DNA from: Catajapyx aquilonaris
Taxonomy: Eukaryota
Direction: 5' to 3'
DNA length: 64,000 nt
Assembly (NCBI GenBank): GCA_000934665.2
Contig: KZ538260.1
Span: 1-64,000, forward strand
Shown here: piece by piece, positions 23,607 to 34,500 of the stretch
Layout: each line of letters starts with the position of its first letter
Position numbering within the stretch: the stretch's first letter is position 1
Made by a program: the position numbers and the translations under genes
Notes under the pieces: model-generated
Database searches by the model: none
Seen by the model: the letters and a program-made list of their open reading frames with translations, nothing else
What the model was told of the DNA's origin: nothing

Positions 23607-26291
23607 CCATAGGTAGTGCCTGACCCTTAGGGTATGCGGCACAGACCTTTATTGTAACTTGTAGTACATAGTACAGCGAGACCATATTTTTGAAACGCCC
23701 GGGCCCACGGGCAGGATGACAGGAGGGAATGTGCAAGGTGCAGTGCAATATCATTATGTGGCCATTTTTAGTGAACTCCCCTGGGTGTTTTTTTCCTTTT
23801 TTTCTTTTTTTAAATATTATTATTAAATGGGTGATAGGCGTACCCCTGGGCGTTTTCTGCCAGACCTTTATTGTGGTGTTTTTACAAGTTGGAGTCCTAT
23901 TTTTACAATGCCCGGACCCACGGGTAGGATGACAGGAGGGGATGTGCAAGTGCAGTGCCTTGTCTGAGATGTTGTCGTTTTGTGAGCTCCCCCGGGTGGT
24001 TTAGTCTGTAGGAAATACCACCTGAGACGAAGGCAGAGGTGACCCTGAACTTTGCACGAGATGTCCCCGGGCTGGGATCGAACCCGGGACCTTTACATCC
24101 GTGGGCGCATACGTTACCGCAGCACCACTCCGCCTCCCCTAGTTAGTGTCATTACCTGCCATCTTGTGCATTTTTTAAGTACTTGGTATGTGGTTGGACC
24201 AAAGTAGCCCCAGCAGAATCAAAGTAGCCCCATTTGACGGTAAGGAAAAACCTACTTACTATACATGCAAGGAATGGAAAAAATGTAATTTTCGAAATCC
24301 CGATTTTGTCATCTCCTGCAACTCAGGTACATAGAAGATGTCCGCATGAAGTACAGTCACTTAGGAATGAGTGAAAGAAGTGCTCCTCCCTATATACTAC
24401 TATCCGTTTATTTAATATAGAGCCCTGTGTTTGACTCTAAACAACTCCCAGGCAAATTATCCAAAAAAATAATTGTGTGCATCGTTAGAAAGCTTGTTTA
24501 AATCCACGTTACACATATGCGAGTTGTTTTCCTATCATCAGTCTCTAATTTTTTATCGTAAAAAGAAGGCGGAAAAGTGTCATTTTTTGACTAGTTGCCG
24601 ACGTTACACTGCAAAGTGAATTTTTTATGACACTTTCAGGAAGCCAAAAAAATCCACCTGTGAACCCTGGATAGTGACCATCTTTGTCTATCTAATGATA
24701 TATTTGAAACATTGAGATCGCCATTTCTATAATCATAATTAAGTTAATTGCACACCTGTTATCTTGGCTGTTTTTAATCCGAATAGGGTGTGTAGGGTGT
24801 TGGCTACAGAGATGCGTTATCTCCGGGCTGTTTGTGGGGTTACCAAGTTGGCGACAGATGCATTCAGTCCGTTATAACCAAGGTCTTTTATAGTCAAATC
24901 ACCACTTTTGCAATGAATGCACAAAGTTTTCTGTCTGCCATATGCCTATACTGTAAATCTTTAGCATATCGTAGCTACATGAAACTGTAAAGATAAGGAA
25001 TTCTTTAACATTGCTAAAAAAAAATGAAATGGGTATTATCTAGTGTGACTGGCTACTCCTGCAGCGATTGTAAATCCCTCCCGACTCTAATCCAAAGGTG
25101 TCAAAACTCAACCACCAGATTACAAAAATGCAGCCCAAAACTTACTGCCAATATGAACATTTCCAATAATGGAACAGGGTAAAATACAATTGATTCCTCA
25201 CTGTAGTCGTGCATGCTCAATCAAGTTTAGTCTCGTGTGCACATTCAGATCTACCTGCAGGAGTGCACATGAACAATTATATATATTTATCACATTTTAC
25301 CCCTACCCCATTCTTGAAGTAGTTCATGTGGACAGTGTATGTCCATGCACCTTGGCATAGAATAGCCCAATTATAACTGATCCTTTCCTTCAACTATCAA
25401 ATATGCATAATTGGAAACTGTTTATTTCCTATTTTTCAGGTTCACACTCGGGCTTTGTTACGTAGTCCTTTGGAACATGAACCATGCTCAACTATGTCAT
25501 ACAAGGAGGAAATCCCCAATAATAAGAGGAGCATGCACCGACATGGAAATTTGGAAGGGAAGGGTAACAGTGTTAGGGGTAGAGGAGGCATCGCTAAAAT
25601 TATGGAAAAAAACTGGGTGGCAAAGAGTCAACCTGCTAGAAAATCCTTACGCACTGAAGAAAGGCCAAGAGTTCCAATGCAAAAGCATAGAAAAAAAGGG
25701 ACGAAGGAAAAGTGCAAATTTTGCTCATATGAATGCGAGAGGAAGGGTACTATGATAGAACATATGATGATTCATACTGGAGAGAAGCCATTTGTATGTA
25801 CTACATGTAATAAGGCATTCAGAAGAAAGTCTCATTTGCATGTACACCTCAGTTCTGTTCATGCACAAAAGAAACCATACAGCTGTAAACAATGTGGTAA
25901 GAAGTTCAGTCAGAAAACACATGTAAATGTACATGTCATTTCCGTTCATGCTGGAAAAACACCACACATTTGTAGCGAATGTGGGAAAGGTTATAGTCAG
26001 ATGATTCATTTGAAAATTCACATGAGATCTCATACAGGGGAAAAACCCTATCATTGTAATGTATGTGGAAAAACGTTTTCTTCTAAATATGCAATGGAGA
26101 CACATGAGAAACTTCACAGTGGGGAAAAGCCATTTCACTGCAAGGTGTGTGGAAAAAAGTTTAGTCAAAAGCCCTACATGAACAGACATTACAAAAGGCA
26201 CACTGGGGAGCTCTATGACTGCAAAATTTGTGGGAAAAAGTTCTTCTTCAGATCCAGCCTGAACAGGCATGCCATAAAGCACACAGGGTAA
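12528..26291 (+). CDS. C2H2 zinc-finger protein, ~491 aa, 7 fingers; coding exons 12528-12654, 18000-18214, 18302-18388, 19137-19187, 21779-21922, 25440-26291
   Basis: The last exon encodes 7 CxxC..HxxxH fingers with HTGEKP linkers. All exons have AG/GT boundaries and consistent phases (1,0,0,0,0) and join without stops: MADQVAVDEYRNMMERVLLWMKQVDQKLARMEQ...I-LPVGFAPEVVLERL...QPK-VEVPAPPE...QPK-VEVPDSPE...CQ-EDWKLQLEE...SE-VHTRALLRSP. The last exon is secure; upstream exon linkage is inferred. Confidence 0.8.
12865..12892 (+). mobile_element. Isolated Helitron-type 3' end
   Basis: CCCGAGCAACGCTGGG hairpin followed by CTAG|T, resembling 11952-11979; no 5' end identified. Confidence 0.5.
13593..14069. 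mobile_element. hAT MITE with GTATTTAAATAC subterminal repeats
   Basis: Perfect 8-bp TSD ATTGAGGT (13585-13592, 14070-14077); ends CAGAAACGGG / CCCATCACTG. Confidence 0.85.
14165..14389. mobile_element. TA-flanked MITE (Tc1/mariner-type)
   Basis: ~45 bp TIR CAGAGGAGAACAAGCCAGGTTGAGGTTA...TAACCTCAACGTGGCTTGTCTGCCTCTG; flanks TA/CA. Confidence 0.75.
14508..15069. mobile_element. Tc1/mariner-type MITE with long (~180+ bp) TIRs, inserted in the LINE 3' stem-loop
   Basis: TA-CAGGGTGTTTATTGTAACTCTGCAAAG...CTTTGCAGAGTTACAATAAACACCCTG-TA. Confidence 0.9.
15195..16769 (-). pseudogene. Disrupted LINE ORF2: RT domain plus C-terminal CCHC region
   Basis: Motifs AFLDLTQAF, GVLQGDPLSPILF, FADDIVL and YTYLGIKF in 15585-16769; a frameshift near 15600 continues into CDLC...HILSECP; the extreme C-terminus is split by the hairpin insert at 15256-15345. 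No endonuclease domain (truncated). Confidence 0.9.
15256..15345. mobile_element. 90-bp loopless palindromic insert with apparent 2-bp CG target duplication
   Basis: TCGCGTCGAG...GGAACCAGTT|AACTGGTTCC...CTCGACGCGA; removing it plus one CG restores the LINE frame N-C-P-E-L-Q-K-V. Confidence 0.75.
16783..17073 (+). mobile_element. Short (AACC)n-tailed retroposon (SINE-like or LINE 3' end), copy 1
   Basis: Aligns along ~280 bp with the reverse complement of 21973-22267; ends in (AACC)n. Confidence 0.85.
18430..19092. mobile_element. ISL2EU-like (PHIS) MITE with AT target duplication
   Basis: TIR GGGGAACTAGCCTT...AAGGCTAGTTCCCC; the paralogous empty intron (18215-18301) reads CAATTAAAC, and the filled site reads CAAT-element-ATTAAAC. 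Confidence 0.75.
19222..19725. mobile_element. Tc1/mariner-type MITE
   Basis: TA-CAGGGTATTT...AAACACCTTG-TA with ~75 bp imperfect TIRs (GTAGGTCAAGC...CCCAAACCAAGTCT). Confidence 0.8.
19789..21088. mobile_element. 1.3-kb foldback, Chapaev3-like (CMC) non-autonomous element
   Basis: Termini CACAGCGCAACAAA...TTTGTTGCGCTGTG, 3-bp TTA TSD; ~620-bp arms nearly identical in reverse complement around a ~35-bp centre. Confidence 0.85.
21346..21611 (-). mobile_element. Tigger/pogo-like element end fragment
   Basis: Reverse complement of ~31605-31857; ends ...GAAGTTTTACTG-TA. Confidence 0.8.
21973..22267 (-). mobile_element. Short (AACC)n-tailed retroposon, copy 2
   Basis: 13-bp TSD AGAAGGGGCCATC (21960-21972, 22268-22280); (GGTT)n tail on the plus strand. 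Confidence 0.9.
22461..22633. mobile_element. Tc1/mariner-type MITE (same family as 960-1117, opposite orientation)
   Basis: TA-CAGTGTTGGACAT...ATGTCCAACACTG-TA. Confidence 0.85.
23571..23787 (-). mobile_element. 5'-truncated SINE with (ATT)n tail, related to 23788-24139
   Basis: Shares CCCACGGG..GGATGACAGGAGGG..TGTGCAAG..GCAGTGC and AGACCTTTATTGT blocks with the adjacent copy; (AAT)n at 23571-23606. Confidence 0.75.
23788..24139 (-). mobile_element. tRNA-derived SINE
   Basis: Minus-strand head GGGGAGGCGGAGTGGTGCTGCGGT (A-box-like) and GGTTCGATCCC (B box); (TAA)n and A-rich tail. Confidence 0.85.
24794..24850 (+). mobile_element. Tiny RTE-clade LINE ORF fragment
   Basis: Translates to RVLATEMRYLRAVCGVTKL, resembling the EMRxLR..GVT.L motif downstream of the RT domain in RTE elements. 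Confidence 0.55.
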
Positions 26292-26397
26292 ATCGCCACA
26301 ACTGCAAAATTTGTGGGGGGAAATGCTTACAGAGCCAGCTTGAAAAAACATGCCAGACAGCACAAAGGAGAGCCATATGACTGAAGTCTATGTACAC

Positions 26398-27166
26398 AAT
26401 TGAATCATGGAAATTAAAACGATGTTGCATTTTCAAGATAAACGAAGCTCGACCTTATTGAACGAAACCTATAATAACGAAAATACGCATTGCACATGCG
26501 TGATATTGGTATCCACAGAATGATTTGGCGAAACTGTCGACATAGGCCTTACTAATTCATGGTTTTTTGGGGGGAAAAGTGCTATCAATATATTTCATAA
26601 AATACACACCCATTCAAATCTCCCACATTCACCTAAGCTCATGTGACCTTGAACCCCCCAAAAAATTCGCCCCGGCGGGCCTCCCTGCCCTTTACGGTTT
26701 ATGCCCCCCCCCCCCCCCCCCCNNNNNNNNNNNNNNNNNNNNNNNNNNNNNNNNNNNNNNNNNNNNNNNNNNNNNNNNNNNNNNNNNNNNNNNNNNNNNN
26801 NNNNNNNNNNNNNNNNNNNNNNNNNNNNNNNNNNNNNNNNNNNNNNNNNNNNNNNNNNNNNNNNNNNNNNNNNNNNNNNNNNNNNNNNNNNNNNNNNNNN
26901 NNNNNNNNNNNNNNNNNNNNNNNNNNNNNGGGGTGGGGGGGGGGGGGATGTTTCCAAACTGCCCCTTGCCATGGAGTCGTCGTTCAACTCAAGGGGGTCA
27001 GACCACCTGGTATGTCGACAGTTTCGCCAAGTCTTTCCCTGGATACCAATATCCATCATGTGCGATCCGTATTTTCATTATTATTTATAGGCTTCGTTCA
27101 ATAAGGTCGAGTTTCATGTATCTTGAAAATGCAACATAGCGCCGTTTTGATTACCACGATTCAATT
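26398..27166. mobile_element. Diverged inverted-repeat element spanning an assembly gap
   Basis: 26398-26544 is the reverse complement of ~27011-27166 (GTTGCATTTTCAAGATA...GGCGAAACTGTCGACATA). Confidence 0.7.
26723..26929. other. Assembly gap (N run)
   Basis: 207 Ns flanked by poly-C and poly-G. Confidence 1.
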
Positions 27167-27240
27167 ATGCTCTGATGACTTGTATGAGAATCCAGGAGTA
27201 TTAACTTGGGAGGAAAAAAATTGTAAAAGACTGTAATTGA

Positions 27241-27472
27241 AGCGATGAGTGCATAAACCCCATAAGTCCATGGAAGTAAATTTTTCAGGAGAGACATAAA
27301 ACGACCTACGTTCACGATGCTGCTGTTGTATAGAATAGAATATATATATTTTTAGGTAACACACATGCAAAGGCAATACTTTCGTCCTGGTTTAAACAAA
27401 TTAAGTGACAATGGGTGTCTGAATGGTTTTGTTAAAAGTCCTGGACTTATGGGGTTTCTGCACTCATCACCC
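27241..27472. mobile_element. Short MITE
   Basis: 27-bp inverted repeat GATGAGTGCATAAACCCCATAAGTCCA / TGGACTTATGGGGTTTCTGCACTCATC; TTGA on both flanks. Confidence 0.7.
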
Positions 27473-27675
27473 TTGACGGGATAAATGAAGACCAAAATGC
27501 TATACTATTTTATTATCTTGGGCTTTATTTCCATTACAAAATGACAACCTTTACTCCGAGTCCCACAATTCAGTTCCATCTGACCCCTTCTCATCTTCAG
27601 TTTCATCACTTTTCATTTTTGAAGATTAGGGAGCTGACCCAGCCTTGTGGCCCTAGAGCCACTTAAGGTAGTGTA

Positions 27676-29025
27676 AGGTGGTCGTACTGGTTATGGCCAT
27701 GTTCCTGATATGTCCACCCCGCTATTGTGAGTTAACTAACAAAGAAAGTTGTGTGCAAAATTGACATTGCAATTTCTTTCAAAAGAAAAACCATATGAAA
27801 TGATTCAAGAGAAGAGCACAAGACAAAATTGAGATTGTTAAAACAAATTACTGTTCGCAATTGAGACAAATAAAAATATAATACTTGATGTGGCCATAGT
27901 GCACTTGATCATTTCCCATCCACCCAGGTTGAGCCATATGGCCTCAGTTGCCTGGTTTGTGTTTTTCGTGTGACCTCATCTTGTTTTTCTCATGTACGTC
28001 TCCTTTGTTTTATGCATGTTTTTCAAAGACATTTTTCATGAAAGCCATTGTACTCTATTCAGTTTTTAATGCTCTTTCGATTGGTGTTGTTGTGGATGGC
28101 GTATGTTTTACGAGTAACTCGTTGTTATTCATAATCAAACTAGTTTCGTAAAAGCTGACCTGCTCCTGATATGGCCACATCAAGTGCACTATGACCACAT
28201 CAAGTATTATATTTTTATTTGTCTCAATTGCGAACAGTAATTTGTTTTAACAATCTCAGTTTTGTCTTGTGCTCTTCTCTTGAATCATTTCAAATGGTTT
28301 TTCTTTTGAAAGAAATTGCAATGTCAATTTTGCACACAACTTAATTTTTAATGTCAATTCCTGCTTTTAATCCACTTTTGCATAACAAAAAGGATCATTT
28401 CGTATCATGTTTATTGATTTCACACCAAAACTATTTAATTTCAGCAGAACTTCTCTATGAAACTGGGAAAAAAATCACGATTTGTAGAACGTGGAACAAG
28501 GGTGGCCATATCATGCGCACATGTTCCTGATATGGCCACTGGGTTCAGTGGGGCTTAACGTCGGCCTATTTCTGCCTCTAAGGCTCAACACCGACGCCAG
28601 GGGGTGGTCCTCCTCCTGGAAATTTGGCCACTCTGGGGATCTTTAACGTGCACTCGCGCGATGTCACAATAAGCACACGGGACTGACGGCTTTACTTCCC
28701 CTCCAAAAGAAGGCGCATTCTCACTTTTCTACCACCCAGAGAAAAGTCACCGACCTCGGCCGGGTTCGAACCCACAACCTTGGGACCAGAGGCGAGCGCG
28801 CTAACCACTAGTCCACCAAGGCCGGCTGTGTCGACTTTTGGAATTCGTTTTTTATGGACCAGTAAAACTATTTTCATGGGGAATTAAATTTATTTTTATG
28901 ACAGTCCATTAACCTGGGAACAATTTCAAAAAAAAACAAAAAAAACATGTTTTGATTTTTTTTTTCAAAAAGGCAGCTAGAAAAATTCTCAAACCTTAGC
29001 ATGGCCATAACCAGTACGACCACCT
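27676..29025. mobile_element. TA-flanked non-autonomous DNA element with an internal 164-bp inverted repeat and a nested SINE
   Basis: 26-bp TIR AGGTGGTCGTACTGGTTATGGCCATG / CATGGCCATAACCAGTACGACCACCT; internal arms 27746-27909 and 28179-28342; repeated CCTGATATGGCCAC motifs. Confidence 0.85.
28541..28826 (-). mobile_element. tRNA-derived SINE with a Meta-type central domain
   Basis: Minus strand: GCCGGCCTTGGTGGACTAGTGGTTAGC (A box), GGTTCGAACCC (B box), then GTAAAGCCGTCAGTCCCGTGTG...GCACGTTAAAGATCCCC, which resembles the MetaSINE core as recalled. Confidence 0.85.
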
Positions 29026-31532
29026 TACTAGTGATCGCCATATTAAGGGGAGGATAAAGAGAATTTGGGAGTGAAGTTCTCGCTAACTAACAACAGCAGA
29101 ACCGATTTTTTTTTTTGTGTGTGTGTAAGTGTAACTGACCTTTCTCTTATACATACACACTGTACTTTTCCCATATTCTTAACGTAGTATTATAAAAAGT
29201 CATTTGCATTCGGGAGTAATTTACGCAGACGTAAAATTTTAAATTATGTCGTAACAAGCATTCAAAAATGCGGAAAAATGAGGTGCTCCGGACCAACAAA
29301 GCCGATTTTTATAATTACCTATAACCTTTCGGCAAATAATAATTTTGTCAAAATTTGACTGATTTGAGAACTACTAGAAGTTGGGGGAACCCTAATTTTC
29401 ACGGTTTTTATTGTGCCTAGAGGGAATGGTCAACCGCAAACGCGACCTTTTGTGCAGGGAGGGTGGGATCCACTGTCTGAGGCTGCACCATTAGTGTGTG
29501 GACTGACTGGACTCATCCTACTACGTGAAATAAAGGGACGTCCAAAGACACCCCACATAGTGGGGTGGCTCCGGACAGCAAAGATGATTTATTTTTGCAT
29601 CAAAAAAACAACTTTTATGTGAATGACTTTATGGTCTTCAATAAAGGACATTTCCTACTGTTAATTTATTCAGAATTCTCCATCAATATGTCTTCTTGGG
29701 ACAGCTGAGAAACTGCCAAAAAGCGTCCGGTACCATACGTGGTAGCCAGCTATAATACGTAAATAATAAATAAAATATTTTCTTGCTGTCCCACTCCTGC
29801 GATCCTTTCAAACTACTATATAAAACCATCCAGTTAACTTTCACTCTACATATGTTACTCCTGCTAACTTTTTATAAGTGTAAGGATTGTGACTGGATCC
29901 GATGATCCGATTGATGAACCAAGACAAGTCACAACTTGTAGCGTATACAGTATATAGCTCGAGCATGGTTTCTTTTTGGCTTACCATGCTTCTCAACTAT
30001 CCCACATAACGGGGGGAGGGGGGACACGGAACCACATTCACCACTCACTGGTTGTGAATGCCTGTGGACTCGAATGGAAAGTGAAAGAATGTACAGTGTT
30101 AAGGTCAAGGTCAAATAAGTGCAGTATTGTCGACTCTGCAGGACAGCAGAAAATGGCGTTCGCTCGATTTAAGTGATGGGTGAGAGGACTGGGATTATAA
30201 TTTTACAGTATAGTATAGTATACAGTATAGAAGCCTTCATTATAGAAAATGCGTGTTCAATAATTCAATATTATTCTGACAAGGGAAAACGAAACGGTCG
30301 TTCGAGTTGCTCGGTCACACTTAACTCCATTGAGAGGCTTATACGTATATATGACGATCCAAAATACTTGTCCGATGTCTGTTTCGAATATTTTGCACTA
30401 AGCTGCTTATTATTGAGCAGTTACTATGGCAATTTATTTTAGTGGTTGTCAAATGTATTAGCTACTACTGTTAGTTTGTGTAAACCCATCGATTTTAAAG
30501 ACTGCATAAGGGGTCTGGGCCACAAAAATTTGTTATAATTATTATATCATTGACTTTCGATACAAATGGTTCCAGTGGACTATTCCAATTTGGAAATTCA
30601 TTACAATTCAAAGGTGGAATAGAGAGCCTCAATTTGGCAAAATCAGCTGATTATATTCAGTTCGATGAAAAACATCAGAGGTCCATTTCCACAACCTCAG
30701 GAAGTGTTTGTTTTTTTTGTTTTTTGTTTTTTTGCTTAGAAAGAGTGAGAGAAAATGGCTAAATATTCGACACATTTGCATGGCCCTCTGGTTTTTGTTT
30801 CTCTGCTCACAAATGGAGGTTCATTCCAGAAAGAAAGCAAGAGTAAGGTACAGTACAGTAGTCTATACTGTACAGTGTAGTACCTGATGAAGCCGCCTAA
30901 TAAAAAGCATTTTCCACCAATCAATGTCAACCCTGCTAATTTCCTTCATAATTCTCAATCTTCGACCCGCAGGACCGTTGTAGGGTTGCTGAGCTGCGAT
31001 GTAATAGTCCACGATGGCGTAACTTTAAAAGCTTTAAAAACTGAAGGTAGGCGTGAATTTAATAGGCGTGAATTTAAGCTTGGCGGGTTGATAATGACAT
31101 ATGGACAGTTGGACCCCACCATCATCATAATTATCTTTCGCTGTAGACAGAGGAAAAGAATGCGATAGTAGGGCTGAAATAATGAAAAAGGCAACTCTCC
31201 ATTCACTTGGCCCGCGTGGCAGCCGACATCACCATCAGAATCTCCTTTCGTTATTCTCACTTACCGTCATGTACTGTATTAAAAGCCAATTACACGTGTA
31301 CTTTCTTAAGCTCCTGTCAATTATTACAATGACTTAGCAGAAGCTGTTGCAACTCTTAGCTTTATTTTTGCTACTTGGTCAGCTCATATAGTCACGTTTT
31401 TATTGCCCCATCTATTGTTCTTCTCGCTCGGTTCCCAGGCCATAGCGTGCTTAATGATGTGAATGTTCTGCAACATACAAGGCGACGCTAATGGAAATAT
31501 CACTCCCTTCCCATTTGTAAACACGTCATAGT

Positions 31533-31533
<1 letters not shown>

Positions 31534-31604
<71 letters not shown>
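31534..31604. repeat. (TAT)n microsatellite
   Basis: Direct observation; abuts the TA of the Tigger-like element. Confidence 0.95.
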
Positions 31605-31605
<1 letters not shown>

Positions 31606-32080
31606 AGTAAAACTTCTATAAGTCGAATCTCCATGGGACCGGGGAAAAACTTCGAGTTAGAGAAGTTTGGCTTTTTTGAAGCACATAACTCCATAAGGAA
31701 GCCTACCTATATATCCAGCGACGAAAGGTGTTCAAAACTTATTAAAAATAACTGTCACTATCACACTTACAATGTTCCTCATTGGTTTGTTGTACAAAAA
31801 AATTCTTCGTTATGGACATTTGCGTACTCTTAGATTTAAGGATTCAATTGTCACAATCGAGTCAAACACTTCTTTCGGTACGTCTGGTAGACGGAGATCA
31901 GGAAATGAACCTTTCTATACATGTGGCCTACTCTCGACCCTTCGCCTGGGAAATTAGAAGATATTCCGTACTCGCCAACATGAACTTCGACTTTAGGGAG
32001 ACTGAAAATGCATTGATATCCCATCCTGAGGCCCCGCCTGCACTTCGAGTTATAGAAATGTATTCGAGTTAGGGAAGTTT
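31605..32080 (+). mobile_element. Tigger/pogo-like non-autonomous element (right terminus not found)
   Basis: TA-CAGTAAAACTTCTATAAGTCGAAT..., TTCGAGTTA subterminal repeats; two other partial copies in the window. Confidence 0.75.
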
Positions 32081-32177
32081 ATTCCCTATTATTTTACATT
32101 GTGACAATAATAGCTTGATTAAGCCAAACTCTTTAATAACCAAAATATTAAGGGCCACTTTCGGCAACGTATATTGA

Positions 32178-32992
32178 AGGGACACTCCACTCAAGACAAG
32201 TTGGTCTCTAAAAATCGTCCCAAAAATAAGATTTCCGACGGTGCAGTCCGTTTTTCTCTCACCCGAACGGTAACCCCAGGGCGAGAGGTCAGATTCGTAA
32301 AATAATAATCTCCCGCTCAGCGAGTGGCGACGCGACGCCTGGTGGCAACAAAACCCCTTCTGGCGGCCAGACGGCGAACCACACGCCGGGATGGGGCTCA
32401 AACGCTATTTTCTAGCGGCTACAAGTAACAGCTAATGACACGTCCCTCGCCTAGGCCAGTGCGTGCTACACGTAATTTTTTAACAACAAAATGACTAAGG
32501 CTGTAGCCTGGCATACACCAACAGTGCTTAAGATTGTAAATTGTTATTGAAACAGAGCCATTAGCAATCTTCTGGGCCCCAACGCATATTAGTTGCTATT
32601 TTCAAACGCGTCGCGGTTATTCCATGACGGTGCAGTCCAGTGAATCTGTTCCGGGACTGAATATCGTGGAAAAAGAGAGTGCGCGACCTGATACGGAGGC
32701 TAACGAGGTTTGAGGTTTGGTTAGTAGTCAGAAGCCTAGCTCGGACGGGGGGAAATAGTGCGATATGCTGAGCATCCTTAATTCGCGCCATCCCCGCGTC
32801 TACTAGTTCTCCCTGTTCCGCCCTCATCTGGTGGCGTCGCCACCTGCGCCGAGCGCGATTTTCGAACGACGCACTTCCAGCTTTCGTCCTGGTCTTACCG
32901 TTAGTCTCTCAGAAAAACTGCTTATACCCTCGGAATCAGGATTTTTTGCCCGATTTTTAGAGCCCAACTTGTATTTTCAGTGTAGTATCCCT
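32178..32992. mobile_element. Kolobok-like non-autonomous element
   Basis: TTGA-AGGGACACTCCACT...AGTGTAGTATCCCT-TTAA; ~110-bp diverged TIRs (ACAAGTTGG.CTCTAAAAATCG). Confidence 0.7.
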
Positions 32993-34500
32993 TTAAGAAA
33001 ATCTCTCCCTACATATTATAATATCTCCTCTTATTATTGTCTTAACACAATTGGACGTCAGACACAATTATTATTTCATCAAGCTAACCTTAATTAAGCA
33101 TTATTTGCAACACACACACTAAGTGTTTCGGCATATGCATATCGTGAGATAATAATTTTTCCTTAGATAAAAGAAGTGAGCATGAAAACTACCGAAGTAA
33201 AATGCACGAAGGAGGATCTTTCCATGTTAAAAATTACTGTTTTCCTGATTTCCCTGGAATAAAGACCTTCAGATAATACCAAAAATTTATTATTTGACAA
33301 AACAAATAATCGACTCTTTATTTTGCTAAGTAAAAAAGGTTCTCCAGACATTGTTATGATTATGGTGTTCTGAAAACGATAAAATTTTCCGATTCCAAAA
33401 TACATCTGCTTCTGCTTTTAATGACTTGGGTTGCAAATAGGAATATCTTTTGACTAATATATCCCCATGAGCATGAAAACAATCTAGGAAAACTGCGAAG
33501 AGCTCTAACGCCGTCGGATGAAGTTTTCTGAGGTAACGACTTGTAAATTTGTAAATTTGTAATGATTGAATTATGCTATTCAACGTTTTCAATCATAATA
33601 ATCATTTTATAAAAAGTTCTATTCAGTCATGTTGCCAGCCGTCTGTATGGCCCCAAAACGAATTTTAAGTGTGTAACATTCACTTATTTGTGCCAATTCC
33701 CCGATATAAAAACACTTCTTGTTGACACAAGTTATGATCAGTAAAATGAATGCGAGTGAAGTGCGAGTAATGGTATGTAATGTGATTCGGGCTCGCTTTG
33801 AAAGCATTAATCATCACACCGTTACTCTCCCTTTCTTGAACGTACACGTACAGGACAGGAAGGGCAAGGACTATGGGAACCAGAGTGGGCATTTAATAAA
33901 TTCACAAGGATACCTTGGTGCCCATACTTTCTTTCCGGGAAGCATCTTAGCTTCCGAGGATTGAGGATATGGTCTTTCGTGACGAAATTGGTCTACCGGT
34001 CACGAAATTGCGCAATGGAAAGGAAAAGGAAAATCGGTAAAGAATACTATCCTTCAGTCTAGTCACAGGAAGATCGTTTTTTATTCCTGTCACATGCCTT
34101 TGTACTGTACAGAAGTTACAATACGATATACATTCAAGCACACTGCATCAATGTTGCAAGTTCGTAACATTGTTAGAAAAGACATTTCTGGCAACAAAAT
34201 CACTTAAGAAAGTGCAGTAACCAATGGAAGATTTTGGCCATTGCTTCTTGTTGAAGGCACTTGTGATATTACAGTATTTACACAGTGGAGAAAATAGGCG
34301 GGGGAGGCTATAAACTGCACTAAGCAATTTATTATTTATAAAATTGGTATCTTTTAGGGCCAGCCTATGCCAGAAGGACAAGAAATCTGTACAGAGATCA
34401 GAGCGCGCCTCTTTTAAATCCACCGAGACTTACAGCAGCCTCCTAACACATGCCCGCGGGGGCATCTCATACGCTCAAGACTGGTTTAGTAAGAAGCATT

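Larger units (their letters stand above)
22782..24240. mobile_element. pogo-like non-autonomous DNA element hosting SINEs
   Basis: 21-bp perfect TIR CCGTCAAATGGGGCTACTTTG / CAAAGTAGCCCCATTTGACGG; flanks TG/TA. Confidence 0.75.

Noticed and set aside
25725..26363. 212-aa minus-strand ORF
   Set aside because: Antisense shadow of the C2H2 array.
26567..27139. ORFs containing poly-P, X and poly-G
   Set aside because: Artefacts of the N gap and flanking homopolymers.
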